Shown: in pieces, positions 55,380 to 64,000 of the stretch
How positions within the stretch are numbered: position 1 is the first letter of the stretch
Layout: every line of letters begins with the position of its first letter
Source of the DNA: Lytechinus pictus
Taxonomy: Eukaryota
DNA length: 64,000 nucleotides
Assembly (NCBI RefSeq): GCF_037042905.1
Contig: NC_087252.1
Location: forward strand, 11,038,001 to 11,102,000
Direction: 5' to 3'
Notes under the pieces: generated by a model
Told to the model about the DNA's origin: nothing
Seen by the model: only the letters and a program-made list of their open reading frames with translations
Databases searched by the model: none
Translations under genes and position numbers: made by a program

Positions 55380-58350
55380 CAGGCAGTAATTACCTAACTG
55401 AACAAATTGATTATAATCTTCCATTAGCATTAATTATAGTTTTAACGATTTTCTAAATATCCTGCGACTGGGGGCGTTTCTAATATTACTTGGCAGATGA
55501 TTCCATAAAAATAGGACCAGAAAATGAAATTGATTGTTTTCCCAAATTGCCGGGTATTATTTTTGTCAAGATTCACATTTCGCTATTCTCTATTATATTT
55601 CTCGTATTGTAAGGATAAATAATAATCAATAAAACTATGCGGCAACCGATTATTAATTAAATCGTGCATAAATACTATTATCAAATATTGGTATTGTTTG
55701 AAAATACCGAGAATATTTAGATCATAAAATAAAGGAGCAGAGTGATATAAGTATGATGGTTGAACGTCATTATTCTAGCTATATTCTTTTTTGAAGTAAT
55801 AATATAGGGTTCAGGGTTGTTTTGCACGTCCCACCCCAAACTTTCAGACCATATGTTTTTATGTGGTAAAATAAATGAGTTTTATACAATACCTAAGTTT
55901 CTCTTTGTTACATAATTCCTCAATCTCTACGGTATTCAAATTTGTATGCTTAGCACATTGCATGCGCGTCAACCTGTTTCTTCCATGTAAAGTTTTTGTT
56001 GATACATAACCAAGAAATAATTTTGATTCCACACACTCTAATAAAGTTCCTTTCAGTGACAATTGTCCCGATATTAAAACATTTTCGTCTATTCTTAAAA
56101 AAACATATATATAGTTTCCGTAACCTTGATTGTAATTTGCTTGCATTGCACTATGCTGTATATTGTTTAGATTGAGACTTATTTCTGATAAATGTCGTTC
56201 ATTACAATTGAATGAAAACAAAATGAGTCATCCGCAAAAAGACGGAAATTTAAATAATTTGATGAGTTTGCCAGATCGTTTATACGAAAAGAACAAAGTT
56301 GGACCCAAAACTGATCCTTGATGAATACCACATGAAATCGACCTGTAATCGAAATTAACACCGTCATAATTAACAAATTGCTTTCAGTGCCTTTTCGTAA
56401 ATAATCATCAAACCAGTTTTGCCTCACCACCAATGCTATATAGTGTTCTAGTTTCTTAATGAGAATAGAAGCTTTCAAAAGCTTTAGCAAAATCGATGAA
56501 TATTCCTACTGTCACCTTTCCTTCATCAGTATAATTATCTTGTAATTTGATTTATCAGATTTATCAGTGAAAGTTTCGTACTGTATCCTTTTCTAAAACC
56601 ATATTGGTGTTTGTAAGATATTTCATTCTTTTCTATAAATTTCATCAAAAGTCCATTTATCACGTTTTCCTAAAATCATTGTGATGACGTCTTTCATCTG
56701 ATGAAGTCATTTTTAACTAGGGCATTTGTATTAGAGTTTGGGGATGAATATTTTCTGTCATTATCTCATGAAGATGTTAATGCATTTTGGAAAGACGTAT
56801 TTCATGCTAAGTTTTTTGTTAATTCAAGCGGAGGAAAATAATTGGCTAACCCTATCCTTTGTGGAGAAACAATGCTATTCAAATAGGGAATAAGTCTGTA
56901 TATTTTCAATCGTGGTATGAAAAGGGGATTAGATTTGTAATGACTTGATTGATGATAAAGGAAATTTACTTACTCATGATGAATGTGAACAAAAAAATTG
57001 TTTTAAAGTAAATTATTTGTCTTATTTTTCTATAAGACAAACAATAAAGTGTCGATATCGAGTAAATGTTGAAACTTGTGAAGAAAAATATAGAAAATCC
57101 TTTGATAGCTTCACATAAGTACATGACCGAAAAGGATGTCAATATATCTATAAAACTTTGCTTGGAAGAACAAAATGTGTTCCTTTAATATGTTAAAAAT
57201 GGGATCGGTATTTAAATGACCCTCCTGATTATATAAAAATGGAAAAATACCATATGATGATATTTCGTTTTACTTCAGATATTGGTTTAAGATATTTTCA
57301 GTATAAGATATTAAATAGAATATTATTTCTGAACAAACAATTATATAAGATGAAGATTGTTAAAATGAAAAATTTTCATTTTGTAATAGGGAGTTGGAAG
57401 ATATTGTACACTTTTCTATGAATGTAAATTTGGTAAAGAAATTTGGAAGAAAACAGCAAATTTGATGAACTCTCGGTAATAAGCATTTGACTCTTCAATT
57501 TTCTCAGCGAGATTTTTCCCTAAAGTAGAGTTGAGTGAATTTGCTATATTAACAGATGAAATAATTTCGTAAGGTTCATTTTCTTGGTTAACAACTAATT
57601 TGTTAACTTTTTTAATTCAGATTTGAGAACTTTTTTATTCAAAAGTTCAGTGATATGACTCCAATTTTTTGTTGCTGCTTCAAACGTATCTTCATAATGC
57701 ATTTGCTTTGCTTTCCCTAAGACGGTTGTTAATTGATATCTGTATATTTTAAAAATATTTATTTAAACAATCTTTATTATGATTTGATTTTATAACTTGA
57801 GAAAAAGGTTCGTGTTTTGTCGATATTGAACGCTTAATACATCGTGTTATCCAGGGTTTGTTTTTCTTTTTGCGTTTAACACATTTTGACTCAATAGGAG
57901 CATGTTTATTACAAACAAATAAGAACTGTCTTTGAAAAATATTATAAACATCATTAGGATCCATACATTCTAAAACGGTTTTCAAAAAATCAGTAGTAAC
58001 ATATAGATCATTACAAAGTGAATCTATTGAACAATTCTGAAAGTTTCTCCGTGTTACCGTCTATTTTTTATCGGTTTCACACACTTGAAGTTCTTAAAAC
58101 GGATTAAACTGGGAGATGGTCAGAAATATCTACTTCAATAAACCCTGCTTGAATAGGATAGGCATATATATTTGTATAAAATTGGTCAATGAGAGATGTA
58201 CTAGAACTTGTTATTCTTGTTGGACTTGTTATCAACTGACGTAAGCCATAACATTTTGTCATGTGAATAGAATCACGACAACTTCCAGTAGGAGATAAAA
58301 GATTTATATTGAAATCTCCTACAATAATACAAGCCCTATGATATGGCAAG
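55380..58350 (-). mobile_element. Decayed CR1-group (Crack/Daphne-like) LINE ORF2, interrupted by another LINE fragment
   Basis: Endonuclease motifs IIVGDFNINLL, PTRIT, SDHLPV; KPWIT; RT motifs IDF.KAF, QGSVLGP, LFADD. Confidence 0.85.
56710..57470 (+). mobile_element. Decayed L1/Tx1-like ORF2 C-terminal (zf-RVT) fragment
   Basis: FWKDV, WYEKGI, LRYFQYKILNRIL and E...H.FYEC motifs. Confidence 0.7.
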
Positions 58351-59049
58351 CGATTATTATTCGTCGGAAATTTGATTTTACCTAGCCTATCAATCCTCGA
58401 TATATGGACCTCCTATAGGCCTATCCTAACCCCTTACTGCTGGTGCCATCCTCTTGATAAAAAACAACAAAACAACAACAACCACAAGTCCACAACAGAC
58501 TAGGACAGGGTCCCATTTCATAAAAAACTTGTTACAGAAACAGAAGCATAAAACAAATATAGCATCAGATAGAAGGACATCAGTATAGCTTTTGTCTGTT
58601 ATCGCAAAGATCTTATTATAACAAGTTTTACAAAAAGAACCCCTGAGGCAAAAGCGAGAAGTGGAAGAAAAAAATCAGAAGAGAAAGAAGAAAAGAAAAG
58701 GGCAAAAAAAAATAATATAAGTATTAAGAAGAAAGAAAAAGAGTGCAAAAAAGGGGGGAAGGGGATATTGAATACAAGAATGATCATTTAAAAAAGAGAT
58801 GAAGTAAACAAGAGGTAGAGATCAAGTAGAATAAGATAGAAGGACGAAATACAGTAACATAAAATACAAACGTGACAGATGATCATCGGTTGACGACCCC
58901 CAACACCCATTCACAATACATGCAAACACATTTCCATAGCAATCTATGCTCCATTTCCATCACATTTTAACTTAATCTGTTCATTTTCAGCCCAACTATT
59001 AGATTCACGCATTATCCCTTTCCTTTGAAACAATCCTATTTTTTGTAGG

Positions 59050-59570
59050 TCAGTCCAATCAGAGCTCCTCATCTGCGCCCCGTTTCCTTCTGTCTCGATC
59101 CCTCTACTTCTTCTTCCAAGTTTATATATTTACTTTGTAGCCTACTTTCCACCTCCCTTATATTTCAACCCCCCCCCCCCTCTCCATCTAAACTTTCGTT
59201 CCTCTCCTCGTCCATCTTCATCCTCACTTTGCAGCCAACTTTTCCACTCCTCTTTCTCCCTCAATTCACCTCTTATTTTATTTCTCTCTCTCTTCCTCCC
59301 TCTTAATTCTCTTCTTCCGTTGTCATCACTCTCTTTAGCCAACTTGCAATTTTCTGCATCTTTTTCTCGTTTGTGTCCGCCCCTAAAATTCAACATCTTA
59401 TTTTCCTCTATTCCCCCCTCTCTGTCTCCCTCCCATCTCCTATTCCATTTAATTATCCACATATTGTAGCCAACTCGTCCGTTTCCCTTCCTCTTGTCTG
59501 CTCTCTCTTCCTCTCCCTCAATATACCCCTTTTCTCCCCTTTCTTCCTCCAAATATTTATCTGACCCTCC
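59050..59570. repeat. CT-rich low-complexity tract
   Basis: Seen directly. Confidence 0.8.
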
Positions 59571-60113
59571 AGCTAAAATGTCAAGCCTAAGCCAGTAAAT
59601 AAATAAAAATAAAAGAAGCAAAACGCAAAAAATTTCTGTCAGATGATTTATTCAACAAAGTCTCTTTTATCCTAGTTACCATAGTAACAGTACTTATCAG
59701 CCAATCAAAATTAAGAAAAAGGTAGATGACAAGTGTTTATGAAAAATTCTCCTGTTATTCACCATGTTGTGCAGAGCACCCCATGCTAACGCCTTGGACT
59801 CTGTCACATTATTAAAAAAATACAAATTTAAGCACTGCATTGGCATCACTTTTCTTTTTAATTTGGTTGATCAACAATTCTTGCAGCCATGCTAGACAAA
59901 ATATATGACCTGGGGCCCGTTCCAGAATGAGTGGCAATCATGCAATAGCAACTCTATTTTTCAACCAATCAACAGTGCGCATTTGGGACTTGCGACTGAT
60001 TTTTTGACTTGCATTTAAACGCAATTCTTTCTGCAACGGACCCATGACATGAAAATATCCACAAAAAGTCGCACAATGCAATACATGGTGTAAAGTGAAA
60101 CCTACCACACTAT

Positions 60114-60302
60114 TCTTCTTCATCGTGGAAACCTTCCGATTGTTACAAGGCACCGTACATATGGCACCTTGACAGCGTATACAAGGCCTGCTTTTAGAAA
60201 CATTGCCAATTCTCCTAAAGACGACAAGATCTCGTTGAAAAGGTCGAGTTCGGGTGGTCGTTTTAGGACCAACAATTGCCCAAGAAAGACACAGGGTGTA
60301 CC
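60114..60302 (-). mobile_element. 189-bp retro-insertion with 19-bp target duplication
   Basis: GTGAAACCTAC(C/T)ACACTAT at 60095 and 60303; short GAAGAAGA tail on the minus strand. Confidence 0.65.
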
Positions 60303-60415
60303 GTGAAACCTACTACACTATCGTACAAATACATTTTTATAAAGTTTCAGTTGAATATCCCTACTAACAGAGGAGATTATCATCTTGAAAATGATATTGC
60401 TCACTACTAGTCAAT

Positions 60416-60699
60416 GGCCCATATTCTGAAGTCGGGTTTAACTCAAACTCGGTTTAAAGTTGTGGTTTATGTATGGATAGCCAATTATTACAAAAATCAC
60501 TAACAATATTTCAGCTCATTTGACTCTCAAATCTAGGAAGTATAAATAGATGATTTTCTTCACCATCGTTGAATCAGGAAAGAGCACAGTAACCATAAGA
60601 AACATACAACTTAATAAAAATTTTGACACTTTTGGCTTCCCATAATTTAAGCAGAGTTAGACCATGGTCTAAGTTAAATCTGACTTCAGAATACGGGCC
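60416..60699. mobile_element. MITE (GGCCCATATTCTGAAGTC...GACTTCAGAATACGGGCC); a related copy lies near 23017-23328
   Basis: TIRs, AAT duplication. Confidence 0.78.
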
Positions 60700-61136
60700 A
60701 ATGAGTCTAACCCTCAATACAAAGACAAGAATGTTCACCACCATAGAATGTTATCTTGATGAAAGAGGGATTTAAGTCAACATACTGAAGCACAATTACC
60801 CTAATACTGTGTAAAGGTGACAAAAGGAGGATAAGAAATCAATAAAGTTTCCCTAAAAGAGTCATTAAGTAGCCCCCAAAGTTGGCAAACTAATTAGGCA
60901 CATCCTGTTCATTACAAAGAAGTATGAACACAAGAGCTTATGTAGTTGATAATACTGTAGTTACAAGAAAGGAATAGTTTGCTTTTCAAGAAAAAGTACG
61001 CGTTGCAACCTAATAACAAAAAGACATAATATGGCTCTAATTAAAACTGTAAAAACGTTTTTTAGGTTCGTTTTGTACATCAATTTTATCATGGGGCAGG
61101 AAATACATTTAGGCCTACTCTTTCAAAAAAAATACT

Positions 61137-61291
61137 TCTTCTTCTTGTCGGGTCACTACACAAGACCTGTCCAGTGGAGGGTACAAGATCTGGCTTGGGG
61201 TTAAAGGACTTCAGATCTTCAGCAGTGCATGGCTCTGGTAGGAGGGGGCAGACCAGAAGGTGTTGCATCGTCTGATCCTCCCCACACTCAT
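61137..61291 (-). mobile_element. 3' stub of a non-LTR retrotransposon (Ingi/Vingi-like C-terminal Cys motif)
   Basis: CGEDQTMQHLLVCP...C.AEDL, (AGA)n tail, AAATACT duplication. Confidence 0.65.
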
Positions 61292-62071
61292 AAATACTAA
61301 AGACTGATGTTCTACCTGAGGGCACTGTTAAAACAACTCTCGATGTCCTCAAACTGTAAATAACACAGTGCGACTTTTTTGTGGGTTTTGCCATGCCTGG
61401 TGGGCAGTGTCGTACGCAGGGGGGAGGGGGGGGGTGGTTACAGGTGTTCAACCCCCCTTTAATTTTATTGATACCCGACCCCCCCCCCCTAAAAAAATGT
61501 TGAAGACCTTTTTTTTGCTTGTCAAATTATTTTTGGGTACAAAAAGACCTAAAATTTGTGGTGAAGACCTTTAATTGTCAACATTTCATTCAGGTTGTTT
61601 GAACCCCCCCCCCTTTCAAAAATCCTGCGTATGCTACTGCTGGTGGGTGTTTCATAAAGCTGTTCGTAGGTTATGAGCGACTTTAAGAACGACTGGTAAA
61701 CCTTTCTAACGCGCTAAACCATCGCCAATGAAAATATCATTTACCACAAAAAGGATCACCAGTCATTCTTAAAGTCGCTCTTAACTTACAAACAGCTTTA
61801 TGAAAAGACCCCCTGGTCACATATTACCTACATGTACTTCAGGAGCAAATCTTAATTATAATCACATCCTGTTCCATTGAGACTCTACATAAAATCATAT
61901 AAAATTTTCTTGGGCACTGCCATTCTATCATGTCTGCATGAGCCTTTCCAAATGAAGTGGTTGGTGTTTATGCAAATGGTTAATTCATGAGGTTGACGTT
62001 TGCATTTTCCAACCCTGTGGAATGTGAAAAATATGGAAATATTTGCTATGACAAGGAACATAATTATTTAA

Positions 62072-62659
62072 AGGACAAGTCCACCCCAACAAAAAATTGA
62101 TTTGTATAAAAATAGAAAAATCTTGAACACTGAATATTTCATCAAAATCGGATGTAAAATAAGAAAGTTATGACGTTTTAAAGTTTTGCTTAATTTCACA
62201 AAACGGTTATATGCACATCCTGGTTGGTACACAAATGAGGAGACTGATGTCATCCACTCACTATTTCTTTTGTATTTTATTATATGAAATATTCTACTTT
62301 TCTCCTGATTGTCAAGTAAAACAACAATTAATTCCTCCCTAAACATGTGGAATTAGCATTGTTTAATACTATATGGTTCAGTCAAGTTGGTGTTTACTGT
62401 CAAATCTGTAAAAAATGAAAATCATATAATTCCAACAATAAAAAACAAAAGAAATAGTGAGTGATGGACATCATCGACTGACTCATTTGCATGTCACTGA
62501 GTTGTGCATATCACTGTTTTGTGAAAAATAAGCGAAACTTTAAATTGCCATAACTTTCTTATTTTACATCCGATTTTGATGAAAATTTCAGCATTATACT
62601 AGTTTGATTTTTCTCTATTTATTCATATCAAGATTTTTTTTCTGTTGTGGACTTGACCT
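62072..62659. mobile_element. Kolobok-like MITE
   Basis: TTAA|AGGACAAGTCCAC...GTGGACTTGACCT|TTAA. Confidence 0.88.
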
Positions 62660-63058
62660 TTAATAGTTCTGGCAGTTTCAATTGTAAATTTCTTACTTGG
62701 CCTACACCCACTTCATTATCTTTCCATTTGGTCTCATCCCACATGGTCAAATCCTCATTCATCTACAACCACTTCTTCGACATCTACTTAATTTGGTCTA
62801 ATTATATTGTTTTGTTTCATTCCCAGTCAGGCTATACCCAGTTTGTCCAATATCAAATGGATTAACAGCACTTTGTCTAGATATAATCATTAGATGTAAA
62901 GCATATATTTATAAATTCAATATTCAGTAGTAGACAAAGTGGAAATTCCACTATTTGGGGATTAGATGGGATCGACTAGAATTAGACTATGAGGGTATTA
63001 GACCAAGTGTAGTATAATCTAAAAAATGGCAATAAGAACCAATGTGATATTAGACCAG

Positions 63059-63592
63059 GAGCCCGTCTTACAAAGAGTTGCGATTGATCGGATCAAATCG
63101 CAACTATGGAAAGCCAGCAAAGTCAACATATAAAATGCATGTTTGTTTTAAAAAAATTTAGATATTAAACCATGAATTCACTGATTTCTTAACAATTTGG
63201 TGTGTTCTCCTTTGTTTACAAAGGATATTTTGCAAATTTCCTGTAGAAAAAATTATGACACTGATGGATTTCCATAGAGTTACGATTGATTGGATCAATT
63301 GTTACTCTTTGTAAGACAGGGCCCTGTCTTATAAATAGTTATGATTGATCCAATCAATCTCAACTGTATGGAAATCCATCCATACCAAAATTTTTCTCTA
63401 CATGAAGTTTGCACAATCTCCCTAGAAAACAAAGAGATTCACACTGAATCTTCAAGAGAAGGATGAATGTATGAATATACATCATTATCCTAGAATACAC
63501 TTTGAACAAATTTGCATTTCAGATGTTGACGTTGCAGGCCGTCCATAGTTGTGATTGATTGGATCAATCACAACTCTTTGTAAGACAGGGCC
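63059..63592. mobile_element. Two tandem copies of the GGGCCCGTCTTACAAAGAGTTGCGATTGATC MITE family; others near 9764, 25830-26105 and 37535-37745
   Basis: TIRs, shared GGGCCC junction at 63319-63324, CWG flanks. Confidence 0.8.
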
Positions 63593-63752
63593 CTGATGGG
63601 TTGAGTCATGGTAGTACGTGTAGATTGTCTGGGACGTCGATCCAAATCAATATAAGCTGCTTCAATGGCTGTACATTCTTCAGACAACAAGCTTTGTGGC
63701 TAGATGTAGCATGTCTCAATATCGAGATGAGTTCATTCTAGAATACCTCATA

Positions 63753-64000
63753 GAGGTGTAGTGACTCAATGGATAAGTCTCCAGACTTTGAAACATAAGG
63801 TCCGGGGTTCAAATCCCAACGCTGCACTCGCACCCTTAGGCAAGGCGTTTATCTACATTTGCCACTCTCCACCCAGGTGTAGTGAATGGGTGCCAGGTAG
63901 GAAGAAATTCCTTGAATGCTCGAGTGCCCGATCAGGGTAGCTGTGCTAAAGCCAGGAAAATAGTATGCAAAGCTTTAAAACATTTGTATGCGCTATATAA
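63753..64000 (+). mobile_element. tRNA-derived SINE, cut by the window end
   Basis: A box TGACTCAATGG, B box GGTTCAAATCC, CCACTCTCCACCCAGGTG core, GCGCTATATAA tail. Confidence 0.85.

Noticed and set aside
59142..59621. 159-aa E/R/K/G-rich ORF
   Set aside because: Translation of a GA-rich low-complexity tract

Overview
AT-rich, repeat-dense animal genomic DNA. The repeat content looks like an echinoderm, probably a sea urchin; this is an inference. Two spliced protein-coding genes, reconstructed by hand from GT-AG junctions and reading phases, face each other tail-to-tail. (1) A 6-exon cytosolic glutathione S-transferase on + (828-9584, 234 aa) has alpha-class exon sizes and C-terminal extension but an atypical G-site. 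(2) A 17-exon NCAM/fasciclin-II-type adhesion molecule on - (47978 to about 18028, about 883 aa) has a signal peptide, 5 Ig domains, 2 FN3 domains, a TM helix and a Cys-rich juxtamembrane motif; its last exon is uncertain. Best leads: a 52-codon, six-cysteine exon inside the first FN3 domain, where vertebrate NCAM has its polysialylation-related helix; a duplicated Ig5 splice acceptor that would yield a truncated 4-Ig product; and two divergent CpG-rich promoter-like modules sharing a composite YY1/ATTAAG/CACGTACGTG motif and related short ORFs. Also notable are a perfect DR5 upstream of the GST, a degenerate hammerhead-like motif, a 3.3-kb Helentron/Helitron2-like element with a duplicated 5' end, and a 2.8-kb foldback Academ-like element. 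The rest is MITEs (Kolobok-, piggyBac-, Tc1-, Harbinger- and hAT-like), LINE and SINE remnants and microsatellites. Most ORFs in the supplied track are spurious. No database search was possible, so family names come from recognised motifs.
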